From: Tubiluchus corallicola
Lineage: Eukaryota > Animalia > Priapulida
Reading direction: 5' to 3'
Assembly (NCBI GenBank): GCA_030141605.1
Contig: JAQGDQ010001801.1
Span: forward strand, 1-24,973
DNA length: 24,973 bases
How positions within the stretch are numbered: position 1 is the first letter of the stretch; every line of letters starts with the position of its first letter. The notes under the pieces are model-generated. The model saw nothing but the letters and a program-made list of their open reading frames with translations, ran no database searches and was not told the DNA's origin. The translations under genes and the position numbers were made by a program. Below, piece after piece: positions 11,270 through 23,004 of the stretch.

Positions 11270-11746
11270 CTGTATTATTATATGGCTAGTATACGTCCAG
11301 TTGAGCTTTGGTAGCATTTAGTAAAAAGTTTTTTTTTTCATTAAAGTTGTATTGAAGTGTCTGCCAATGTGATACAAAATTGTGGTATTTCTTAAAGAAT
11401 ATTTTTATTGACAAACAAAAGACAGCCATTCTGGTTTATTTAAAGAATTTACAAGTAGGTTCACTTCAAATTATGTAAATGTCGCGAGTAAAATATATCA
11501 GGAGCAAAAATATTTAAAAATTCAAGACGTGTGGGGTCGAGTTAGAGGGTGACCCCGTCTACAAGGACCCCAAAATTTCATGCGCTTGCAGACACCAAAA
11601 GATCACTACATGGCCCTGCTCACAGCATTTACTGAGCCCAGCAAAAACCACTTTATACTCTGAAGAGGCCCTGTACCAGTCTTCACTTGTTGCCAAGCAT
11701 TCTAACCACTAAGCTATTTCCTTTGCCTACACACTAACCGTCTTAC

Positions 11747-12115
11747 CTTTGCTTATATTGGTTAAGCGGCCATTTGCGGGAGCAAGATGGACGCTGACAT
11801 TAAATCTAGTCCACGTATTGTTCGCCTTCACTAACAACGAATAGACTTTTGCATCCGTGGCCGAGATTGAATGTAACAGCAGAGTGGCCATGTAGCAGAA
11901 CTTGCCGAAATCGAGAGCTAGTCGTGTGAGTGGTGCGATGCCGGTCCTAACGGGTGTTGCCATGGTAACGGCGGCTCTTACATCCGCATGATTTTTCCAC
12001 TGCCACTTTACGCCACTGACATTGTGCTCGCCGCAAAAACGCAGCGAAATGTTGAGGTCCTCGCCGAGTACCCCTTCAAATGATATTTTGCTGTTTGGAA
12101 TCAGCACCGGTTTAC
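11747..12115 (-). CDS. Ig-superfamily receptor, exon for Ig-like domain 1
   Basis: Acceptor tttatttgcAG| at 12117-12116, donor G|GTAAGA at 11746. 369 nt, phase 1-1, open frame: GEDLNISLRFC..KWQW..CYMATLLL..D..VYSLLV. Confidence 0.88.
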
Positions 12116-12506
12116 CTGCAAATAAATAAATTTGAAAACACAAATAAATAAAATAAATGAATAAAATCAAAACTTTTCATGACAATTTTTTTACTTTTGC
12201 TCACAGCCATCTTTCATTTGGTCAAGAACATTTTTTTACCTATTCGAAGCACTAAAATGGTGCATATTCTATTATTCTGTTCTAAAAATGGATTAGTGGA
12301 CTAAACAGTGCACTTATTATAATGTTCTTGACACTCAACTGACTACATACTAAATTCTTGCTTATGTATCAAGCAGGATATAGTTGCGGATTCATAACAT
12401 GAAATTATCTCAAGGTCACTCCATGCAGGGCTTCGCTTTCACTACCCAGTGTTTAACTACTAACTGCCTATATATAGGATTCAACATTAGGGACAGAGAA
12501 ACTGCT

Positions 12507-13913
12507 AACATGTTGTTGATGCTAGATGTTGATAAACATGTTGTTGATGCTAGATGTTGATAAACATGTTATTGATGCTAGATGTTGATAAACATGTTAT
12601 TGATGCTAGATGTTGATAAACATGTTGTTGATGCTAGATGTTGATAAACATGTTGTTGATGCTAGATGTTGATAAACATGTTGTTGATGCTAGATGTTGA
12701 TAAACATGTTGTTGATGCTAGATATTGATAAACATGTTATTGATGCTAGATGTTGATAAACATGTTATTGATGCTAGATGTTGATAAACATGTTATTGAT
12801 GCTAGATGTTGATAAACATGTTGTTGATGCTAGATGTTGATAAACATGTTGTTGATGCTAGATGTTGATAAACATGTTATTGATGCTAGATGTTGATAAA
12901 CATGTTATTGATGCTAGATGTTGATAAACATGTTATTGATGCTAGATGTTGATAAACATGTTGTTGATGCTAGATGTTGATAAACATGTTGTTGATGCTA
13001 GATGTTGATAAACATGTTATTGATGCTAGATGTTGATAAACATGTTATTGATGCTAGATGTTGATAAACATGTTGTTGATGCTAGATGTTGATAAACATG
13101 TTATTGATGCTAGATGTTGATAAACATGTTATTGATGCTAGATGTTGATAAACATGTTGTTGATGCTAGATGTTGATAAACATTTTGTTGATGCTAGATG
13201 TTGATAAACATGTTGTTGATGCTAGATGTTGATAAACATGTTGTTGATGCTAGATGTTGATAAACATGTTGTTGATGCTAGATGTTGATAAACATGTTGT
13301 TGATGCTAGATGTTGATAAACATGTTGTTGATGTTAGATGTTGATAAACATGTTGTTGATGCTAGATGTTGATAAACATGTTGTTGATGATGCTAGATGT
13401 TGATAAACATTTTGTTGATGCTAGATGTTGATAAACATGTTATTGATGCTAGATGTTGATAAACATGTTGTTGATGCTAGATGTTGATAAACATGTTATT
13501 GATGCTAGATGTTGATAAACATGTTGTTGATGCTAGATGTTGATAAACATGTTATTGATGCTAGACGTTGATAAACATGTTATTGATGCTAGATGTTGAT
13601 AAACATGTTATTGATGCTAGATGTTGATAAACATGTTGTTGATGCTAGATGTTGATAAACATGTTGTTGATGATGCTAGATGTTGATAAACATGTTGTTG
13701 ATGCTAGATGTTGATAAACATGTTGTTGATACTTGATGTTGATAAACATGTTGTTGATGCTAGATGTTGATAAACATGTTGTTGATGCTAGATGTTGATA
13801 AACATGTTATTGATGCTAGACGTTGATAAACATGTTATTGATGCTAGATGTTGATAAACTGTTATTGATGCTAGATGTTGATAAACATGTTATTGATGCT
13901 AGATGTTGATAAA
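12507..13913. repeat. 28-bp minisatellite, about 50 copies
   Basis: AACATGTT[G/A]TTGATGCTAGATGTTGATA, period 28 (12507, 12535). Confidence 0.97.
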
Positions 13914-14119
13914 AAAGACAAGTGGTTTCAAGCAAACAGAAAGAAATTAATCAGCCGAAACATAAGTAAAACTCACAAGACATTTAATTTATGTGATTCA
14001 AGCAGCACTGATTTTTGTCTCAGAAATGCGTCTCAAATCTTTTATATTACTCGGGAAATCCTGGTTTTGTTTAATGACGTTTAGCTTGACGGCGCGTTTT
14101 GCTGAAATCCCTTAAACTA

Positions 14120-14513
14120 CCGTATTTTCCCATGTATAAGAGACCCTTTTTTGCTCAGAATTTTCACTTTAAAAATAGGGGGTCTCTTATACATGGGAGT
14201 AAGCCAACCCTTGGAGAAGTCTGCAGCTGGGTCCTCAAGGCATGGAATGGTGTAAAGCCAGAGGTCATTATTAAATCTTTCAAGAAGTGTGGCATCTCCA
14301 ATGCCATGGACGGCACAGAGGACAATGCCATTTTTGAGCAGAGTGACTCCTCTGATGATGAACTGGCTGGAATTGCTGAAGGTCTGACTCCAGTTGATAT
14401 TTTTGATGAGAGTGATGAGGAATTTAATGATTTCTACTTTTTTCCAGAATTTTTGCCTAAAAATTGAAGGGGTCTCTTATACACAAGGGTCTCTTATACA
14501 TGGGAAAATAAGG
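14120..14513 (+). mobile_element. Non-autonomous pogo/Tigger-like DNA transposon, copy 2 (394 bp)
   Basis: Same TIRs as copy 1 (one mismatch at the 3' end), TA on both sides, near-identical interior with 41-bp and 30-bp deletions. Confidence 0.9.
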
Positions 14514-15564
14514 TAATTTTGCTGGAATGCCTTAACTAATTTTGCTGGAATGCCTTAACTAGTTTTGCTGGAATGCCTTAACTAGTTTTGCTGGAATGCC
14601 TTAACTAATTTTGCTGGAATCCCTTAACTAGTTTTGCTGGAATGCCTTAACTAATTTTGCTGCAATGCCTTAACTAATTTTGCTGGAATGCCTTAACTAG
14701 TTTTGCTGGAATGCCTTAACTAATTTTGCTGGAATGCCTTAAACTAATTTTGCTGAAATGCCTTAACTAATTTTGCTGGAATGCCTTAACTAATTTTGCT
14801 GGAATGCCTTAACTAATTTTGCTGAAATGCCTTAACTAATTTTGCTGGAATGCCTTAACTAATTTTGCTGGAATGCCTTAACTAATTTTGCTGCAATGCC
14901 TTAACTAATTTTGCTGAAATGCCTTAACTAATTTTACTGAAATGCCTTAACTAATTTTACTGAAATGCCTTAAACTAATTTTACTGGAATGCCTTAACTA
15001 ATTTTACTGAAATGCCTTAACTAATTTTACTGGAATGCCTTAACTAATTTTGCTGGAATGCCTTAACTAATTTTGCTGGAATGCCTTAACTAATTTTGCT
15101 GCAATGCCTTAACTAATTTTACTGAAATGCCTTAACTAATTTTACTGGAATGCCTTAACTAATTTTACTGAAATGCCTTAACTAATTTTACTGGAATGCC
15201 TTAACTAATTTTGCTGCAATGCCTTAACTAATTTTACTGGAATGCCTTAACTAATTTTGCTGCAATGCCTTAACTAATTTTGCTGAAATGCCTTAACTAA
15301 TTTTACTGGAATGCCTTAACTAATTTTACTGAAATGCCTTAACTAATTTTACTGAAATGCCTTAACTAATTTTACTGGAATGCCTTAACTAATTTTGCTG
15401 CAATGCCTTAGCTAATTTTGCTGCAATGCCTTAACTAATTTTGCTGCAATGCCTTAACTAATTTTGCTGCAATGCCTTAACTAATTTTGCTGGAATCCCT
15501 TAAGTAATTTTGCTGGAATGCCTTAACTAATTTTGCTGGAATCCCTTAACTAATTTTGCTGGAA
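14514..15564. repeat. 23-bp minisatellite, about 45 copies (first unit at 14097-14119, split by the transposon)
   Basis: TTTTGCTGGAATGCCTTAACTAA units. Confidence 0.96.
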
Positions 15565-15814
15565 CGCATTATTAACTCCTTTCCAACAGGTAGATACATC
15601 ATCTGTGATGGCTAAACACTTTGTGCTCTTCAAATTTGATGAAATTTGGAGAAAAATAACTAACATACAATAAAATTATATGAAAACAAAAAAGTTGTGT
15701 TGTTATCTTTGTTTTCACTCTTTAAAAGAATATTTTCTAATGGACAAAAATTTTGCTTTGTGCTTATACAGCAATTCAGTGCATCAGTGACATTGATCTG
15801 CCTTGTGCTGATTA

Positions 15815-15949
15815 GCTAGGCTACTGTCAGCAATGGCTAGGCTACTGTCAGCAATGGCTAGGCTACTGTCAGCAATGGCTAGGCTACTGTCAGCAATGGC
15901 TAGGCTACTGTCAGCAATGGCTAGGCTACTGTCAGCAATGGCTAGGCTA
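15815..15949. repeat. 21-bp minisatellite, about 6 copies
   Basis: GCTAGGCTACTGTCAGCAATG units. Confidence 0.93.
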
Positions 15950-16415
15950 TTGCTGTCCACTCCAAACTAACTTTTATTGTCATCATCCGGGCGTGTGTTC
16001 ACAGAATGTGACAGCAGCAAGCACTGGTCACTGTCCAGTGCACATGAGCTCTACGAGCTCTACTCTGAACAGACTTGATGTTGTTTTGCTTCTGAATGTA
16101 CAAAATGCCTTTGAATGCAGGAAAACGAAAAAAAGTTACAATGTTTTGGGATATTTCTTTAATATTTGGTGTAATTTCACAGTTGGACTTATCACTTGGA
16201 CAGTTGGACTTATCACTTGGGCAGTAATGAGTTACATGATTACAATCGGATACTTTCTGTTTGTTTCACTTATTAGCAGTACTGCATGTATGCTAGCAAA
16301 TATTAAGCCTTTGCAAAATCTCTTGGAAGTAGACCAATGTTCATAAAAAATATTAATGGCCACTATCTTACTATACAATTACTGATCATTAAGGAAGTGC
16401 TGGCTGTCAATTAAC

Positions 16416-16938
16416 CACACCAGTGGCTGGTTGATAACTACCTGCTGCCAGCAGAGGGCAGACACACCAGTGGCTGGTTGATAACTACCTGCTGCCAGCA
16501 GAGGGCAAACACACCAGTGGCTGGTTGATAACTACCTGCTGCCAGCAGAGGGCAGACACACCAGTGGCTGGTTGATAACTACCTGCTGCCAGCAGAGGGC
16601 AGACACACCAGCGGCTGGTTGATAACTACCTGCTGCCAGCAGAGGGCAGACACACCAGCAGCTGGTTGATAACTACCTGCTGCCAGCAGAGGGCAGACAC
16701 ACCAGTGGCTGGTTGATAACTACCTGCTGCCAGCAGAGGGCAGACACACCAGTGGCTGGTTGATAACTACCTGCTGCCAGCAGAGGGCAGACACACCAGT
16801 GGCTGGTTGATAACTACCTGCTGCCAGCAGAGGGCAGACCCACCAATGGCTGGTTGATAACTACCTGCTGCCAGCAGAGGGCAGACCCACCAGTGGCTGG
16901 TTGATAACTACCTGCTGCCAGCAGAGGGCAGACACACC
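16416..16938. repeat. 47-bp GC-rich minisatellite, 11 copies, each with a CTCF-consensus motif
   Basis: CACACCAGTGGCTGGTTGATAACTACCTGCTGCCAGCAGAGGGCAGA, period 47. Confidence 0.95.
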
Positions 16939-17391
16939 GCGGCAAGTGTTGCAATTCTAGCACAAATTTCATAATGCCTGAGCGCATCTAAACAGCTGTC
17001 AAATGTACAAACTTTAATTGATCTGAACACTTTTTGTGAAATTTTATGCAGAAATAAATACTTTACAATATTTATGTTGAACAGTTTTAGATACAAGCTG
17101 TCACTTGAAAGCTGGGAAGGTTTAATATAAAAAAAATTCGAATTATCCTATTAATAACACCACTGAGTAAAAAAATCTAAACTTTAAATTTACAATGCTA
17201 GAAAAAAAGTGTCTTCAGAAAATATAATAAGGTATGCACTAGTATCTCACACATGTAAGCTGTTATGGGCAGCTTTATTTGGGGATGTCAAAACTTTACA
17301 AATATTCATCATCGTAAACAAGTTAAGTTAATGGAAATAAATAAATTTACTATTTACTAATATTTACTCATTTAAGCAAGAACTCACAGTA

Positions 17392-17718
17392 CAGTCAACC
17401 CTCGTTAAACCGGATTAATTGGTGGGGGTGGGGTGGTCCGGTTCAGCCGATTGTCCGATTTATCCGATATGCTTATATATGATCTATATTATACACGAAT
17501 AATCACCTTAATAAGGCCTATATACATTGCACTATATACTATACTGTATATTACTTTAAAATAGTTAGCCTGTGAGGATAAAGAAATTATTGTACAGTTG
17601 GTAGGTCGTGTTGTGTTTAGCGCTCTGGCTCGGATGGAAATCGGTCAGTCTACCACGGATGACGTCCGTCTTATCCGATATCCGGGCTAACGGGGTCCGG
17701 TTTAACGAGGGTCGACTG
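17392..17718. mobile_element. Tc1/mariner-pogo type MITE (327 bp)
   Basis: 23-bp TIRs CAGTC[A/G]ACCCTCGTTAAACCGGA with TA on both sides. Confidence 0.9.
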
Positions 17719-17806
17719 TATCTATGAATGCGTTTCGGAAATGATTAAAATAATGAAGCTTTACTATAAAAGCTATTAGAAAAGTTTTGTCTCGTATTAA
17801 ACTTAC

Positions 17807-17876
17807 CAGATATTGCAATGAAAGATACGCTGGTAATGAAAACCGAGATCCGCAAAAATATTACATAATTCTTCAT
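17807..17876 (-). CDS. Ig-superfamily receptor, coding exon 1 (signal peptide)
   Basis: ATG at 17876 gives MKNYVIFLRISVFITSVSFIAIS+G (basic N-terminus, hydrophobic core). It ends at the consensus donor G|GTAAGT (17806-17801), phase 1, matching the next exon. Confidence 0.8.
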
Positions 17877-20800
17877 AACAGATCAACATCCTCACAATTT
17901 CAAAACTTTCAAAATTTAAGGGTTTTTTGCAATCGAAGCAAATCCTGAAAAGCGATAGTAATTATTTAGGTCCCATTATAAGTGAGGGACAAATCAAGAA
18001 AAACATCATACACTAAAAAATTATTCAGTACCCACCAGCTCTAAGTGAGAGAAAAACAACTAACCAAGCAAATGCAAAATTAAGTTTTATCAGTAATATT
18101 ATCGATTTGAGCGATGTGAGAGTGCGTTAAATAAGAACCACCTAAACTGCAAACTACCCTAGTTCTTTCATATAAGTCATTCTTAAAACCACTATTTCCC
18201 TTTAATATTACACGGTAGATCGTTCTCCATTGCGGTATAAAATTCGGCCGATTTACTACACTAATCCTGTCCATGACAACAAGAGCTCCAACTTCACCTA
18301 CTTATCATAATAAATTATTGTGTCTGTAGATCATCATGCACTCATTAGATGTGTTTAAAAACATCATATTTTACAAGTACAACATATTGAAATGATATTC
18401 AGGCATGTTCTTACTCAATTATACTAGAAATCCCCAATTATAATTACATTTTAAAACTAAATTTAAAAGACGGGAAATGTCACAAAAACAGGCAGCCATT
18501 TAAATTTGCTGAAAAAACAACAGCAACATAAGGACTTTTTTGGTTTGCAGATTATTACCAAACATCGAATACAGAGCTATATACAGAATGCAGAACACAA
18601 AAAACAGCAATATTTGTAGGGGCTTCGATTAATATTTCTGTTTAAGATACGCCTGCCATTCCGACTTTGCAGACTAATAACAGCCGCTTTTTAACGTTAA
18701 CCATGTTGTTTATCCTAGTTACGGACGCGCATTTATCTCTTAAGCGCACTGCTGTTTTGCCACGACAATTACGCACGCCAACCTCATCAAGGTTACAGGT
18801 GATTTACGATAACCACAAGTGACACTATTTAAGGAGTACCTCTTCCAATAACAATGCTGTAATTATATCCTCCACAAAAATAGTAAAACGTAAATCACAT
18901 ACAGACTATTTAACATCTCGTCATTTAAATGCTCGCACCGTCTAAAACATGATTGGCATGCTCAAGGTGTCCCTGACAGGCACTCCTATCCCCTGCCACC
19001 ACTTACTATATATCATAGCCCCAAATATAAAGTTGCACGTGCTAAATCTTTTGCAGTACGCCTATATACTTTAGCGTGGCTGAGACCTTTGCAGCTATTT
19101 GATAGTTATAATTTTTCAAGGTTTTAAATAATGTTGTATTAAAAGGAAATTATTGAGGTGATGTTTGTACATGTCAAATTCAGTCGTCTTACTCAGATTT
19201 GCCTACCCCAAGGATTCTTCTTTACCACATTATGCAGATCATAATCATAATGCTGATTATTGACTATTTATCTAATGCTGATTCATAATCCACCGAGCTA
19301 AGTAGTTACATCAATATGCAGTCGTTTTCTTGGCACAATAAATACATACAACCTAAGAATCACTATTGCTTTAACACTTAATTGCAATGTCAATACAATT
19401 TCGTCTATTTAATTTTCTTACTATGCGAATTTTATGCTAGCTTTTTGCAACATGATTTACTTTATGACTTGCAAAATGTCTGCATTCATACTTTTGTTAA
19501 CCATGTTGTTGACATAGCCAGACCAGTAATATGCCTCACTGTAATGCTATACTAATATTTATCTGCCACAAGAAGCTAACAGTTACTGTCTGTGTCAATT
19601 TGTTATAGAAATATGTTTGACAAAGCACAAAAGAAAGCTCTACATTCTACAAGCAGCAGTACATAATCTAGAATGTACACTTTTTTATATGTTTTGACTG
19701 ACAATTATATACTGAACTACAGGCGGTACCTCAGCGACTAAAACTAGCAAATCTGGGTCGGTAGCAGCTGATGCGGAGGGCATGCGGTCTATAACTCTTT
19801 TGACATCCAGCCACAAAACCACAGGATGATGTGCAAAAAAAACTATACCTTCATTGGCAAATTACATGAAGTCGATTTAAAAATAATGATGAAATAGAGT
19901 TTACACCATCATGGATTAATCTAACTGGACAAGTAAAAGAACAGAGAAAGCCACTGTTATACAGACCAGGTATAATGTGGCTTCCAATTTAGCATGAAAG
20001 TGTTAAACACAATACTAGCAACATTTTTTTTTGAATATGAACTTCCCTTGACGCAGTGGTGTATGTGGCAATTATTCAATATAATTTTAGATTTTGTACC
20101 ACTGCTGTAGCAATTATTATAAGAATTTGTTTAATTTTTGATGAATTATGCGTAATATCTTGTACCCAAGCAACAAAACACATAATAATCACACGAATAG
20201 AAAGCTTCCGATTATTTAGAAGTATATTATTATTGTAATGTCATATAATACCACAATAATTAGTTTTATTAAACTTTGTTATTATACAGTATGACTCTAT
20301 AATAAATCACAATTGTATAACCAACAGTATACAAAGATATAGAAAACTAATATAATAAACAACCTTGCATATCAAAAAATTTCATTTGCAATACAAAATA
20401 GATACGCAATTTGAAAAAAAAGAATAATTTTTTACAACATAACAAAGCATTTACTGTAGCAAAGGTATTCATAACACATATACACGTATTGATAAAATAA
20501 ATAAATAAAATATAAAACAATAATCAGTAAGATCATTAGAATATTAGCTAGTGCAAGTAGTTATTGATCGAGTCATTGGCTTAAAGGAATTTAGTTCAAA
20601 ATTTAAATAATTTGTGTAATTTGGTTTACAAAACCATCTGGTAAGTATGGCGCTGAACATGCAAAAGTTTACAAAATAATGCAGTTTAAATTGCATAAGA
20701 AACCTGTAATGTTTACGTTTTTTGTATGTCTAACGTGAATGTACTACATTCGTTCTGTATTGGACATTCAACTTAATAATGATTGCAACTTCAATTAAAT

Positions 20801-21488
20801 TTTCAGGATACTCGAAAACGGTGCAAACTTTCGTCTGATTCGGTACGTTTAACTTCAACGTTAACAATACGTTGAGTGCGCTTATTCAGTACTGGACATA
20901 CAATGTAATATTATAACTGCAATTAAATTTTCAGGACACTTGAAAACAGCAAAAGCATTGAGGATCTGATGCATTGTCTTAGGATGTCATACCACAAATG
21001 CGAGACAGGTTACAATGTTTTAAAAAAAAAGTGCTTCACAAATCTTACATTGTAGCATTGTAAACAAATTTAATTGTAGTAAATATCACAAAACAAACAA
21101 GTACTTGTCTGTACCACTTTGCAAAAAAAAACATACATGTTTAAGCTTTAGATTTATCAAGAATCACGCAAATACGTTTGATCGTAAGATAATTCCTAAG
21201 AATGACAGCAGAGCTAAAAGGGATTTATCAAGCTTCTTTACTTACAAAATGTTTCACAAAGTATCATTAGAATGCTGGCTAAACACAACCTAAGAATTTT
21301 GTTATGAACTCTTTTGTGTAAGATCATTCTTACGAACTCAATGATAAATGAGTCTGATTTTCAGACAAGGGCTCTACATTCAACTAACAAAATTTGTATT
21401 GCAACACAAAACGTATAATCTATATACAGCAGTGGTGTATCCATTATACAACATGCTACACACAGCCATTTCTTCTAAAAATTTCTGT

Positions 21489-21730
21489 TTAAAGATAAAG
21501 CACAGAGTGCGACTCATTAGGAAGGGAGCAATATTCAAAATCATAGGAGTTAACAACAAAACTACAACCTAGACTATCTAATGGCTTTGAAAAAATTTGG
21601 TAACATGAGTGATCTAGCACAAGAAAGGTTTTTTGAACAAGTAGCTTAATGTTCACTCCATTGGCAAAGTTGAGCACATCATAAATGGCATTAGACTTCT
21701 GATAGCAGGTGGTAACTTCGCTGTTGCCAT
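21489..21730 (-). other. Probable last exon of an upstream gene (alternative coding tail or start of a ~1.5-kb 3' UTR)
   Basis: Strong acceptor ctttgtttttcttttactAG| at 21732-21731, phase-1 frame open to 21489, U-rich downstream sequence and AATAAA at 20270-20265. Confidence 0.45.
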
Positions 21731-21868
21731 CTAGTAAAAGAAAAACAAAGCTTTAGCTCATTTCTGCCTAAATTCTAATTCTGAAATACTTCAATTAAGT
21801 TAGTAAAATATAAGAGTTGTGTGGCTAAATATTCGTACAAAATTAAGCCCATCAGGACTTGCAATCAT

Positions 21869-22239
21869 TAAGGGGTGAGCATTCTCCATCAGAAAATGAT
21901 TTGAATCTAATCGAATTTTCCACTTTCGAATTTTAATCAAACCGAATTACGAGAATTAAATTCTGTGTCAAAGATTTCCAAATTATTAATTTTCAAAAAC
22001 TCTGTCTCACGAAGGTTATGCATATTGCTTGATTTTATTCTACAGTAAAAACATCAATAATTTGTTTGAAAATTGTTCTGATTGGACGGTGTTTCAAACG
22101 TTTAAATGATAAAAAAATTTTGTAGTTGAAATGGAAAATTAATTGAATCAAAATTTTAGATGCAAATTTAATTCGAATTAGGAAAATTGGTTCGAATTCG
22201 ATGTGGCTATTCGACCTTGAAAGTTCGATGCTCACCCTG
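21869..22239. mobile_element. hAT-type MITE, family A copy 1
   Basis: TIR core AGGGGTGAGCAT / ATGCTCACCCTG, 8-bp TSD GCAATCAT/GCGATCAT, TTCGAA-rich subterminal motifs. Confidence 0.75.
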
Positions 22240-22346
22240 GCGATCATGCATAAATGAACAATAAATTAGAGTCAGCTAGAACAGGTAAATTAAAGTGAAT
22301 CAATCTTTATCTTAAAACAGCAGAACACAACACTCATGACACTTAC

Positions 22347-22444
22347 TTAAACATCAAACAGCTGACTTATTTGCTTTTTAGACAATGTCCTGCGCATTGT
22401 TTCCTCATTTCCTCCCAATTCCTGCTGTTGTTGGTGCAAACTGA
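22347..22444 (-). CDS. Coding exon of an unidentified upstream gene (xSLHQQQQELGGNEETMRRTLSKKQISQLFDV*)
   Basis: Acceptor atctttattattatAG|, the only frame open across the exon, TAA as its last codon directly followed by GTAAGT. Confidence 0.55.
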
Positions 22445-22516
22445 CTATAATAATAAAGATAAAAATGAAATTTATATTTACACATGGATCCTGGAGAGAG
22501 AATCTCTGATTTAGAG

Positions 22517-22965
22517 AAGGGGCGGAACTAGGGGGAGCGAGGGGGGCACGCACCCCCCTTGTCAAAATTTGCACCCCCCAGCGAAATCGGACAAATAATT
22601 TTTTGCAGTGAAAATTGCAGTTCGCATGTAATCATTTTCGATATGAATTTGAATTAGATAAAAAAATGTTTGGTAGCTTCAGTGTATTATTTTCTTAAAA
22701 CTTGTGTGTGATAAATTTCTGTAAATAACAATTTAGTTAGAGGCACATTAATAACGTTAGGTTAACTGAGAGTTCATTTTCTCATTATTGCTCTGTCCGC
22801 TACGCCGTCCTACACACATGCTAATTATAGGCCTGCATGCAGTATAAAAGGGCTTAAAATTGGCTTAACCATTATTTAACCACTTCGGATACCTCACCCC
22901 CCCCCCCCCCCCCAGAAAGTTTTTGCGCCCCCCCCCCCTGCTTGCCACATCTAGTTCCGGCCCTG
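22517..22965. mobile_element. hAT-type MITE, family B
   Basis: TIRs AAGGGGCGGAACTAG / CTAGTTCCGGCCCTG, 8-bp TSD ATTTAGAG/AATTAGAG, G/C-run subtermini. Confidence 0.8.
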
Positions 22966-23004
22966 AATTAGAGAATATTAAAATAAATTGCACGTTAATT
23001 CAAA

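Noticed and set aside
9766-11321. Three ~500-aa Cys-rich ORFs
   Set aside because: They are translations of a stop-free 20-bp satellite in all three frames, antisense within an intron.
9513-11618. hAT-like element enclosing the 20-bp satellite (CAAGGGCAGG ... GGCCCTG)
   Set aside because: The termini match poorly and no target-site duplication was found.
14099-14467. 122-aa ORF as a functional transposase
   Set aside because: Only the C-terminal remnant is present. There is no DNA-binding domain or full catalytic core, and the frame starts outside the element.
15572-17125. TTAA-flanked piggyBac-like element containing the 21-bp and 47-bp arrays and ORF 15993-16346
   Set aside because: The putative TIRs match only loosely and the ORF has no recognisable motif.
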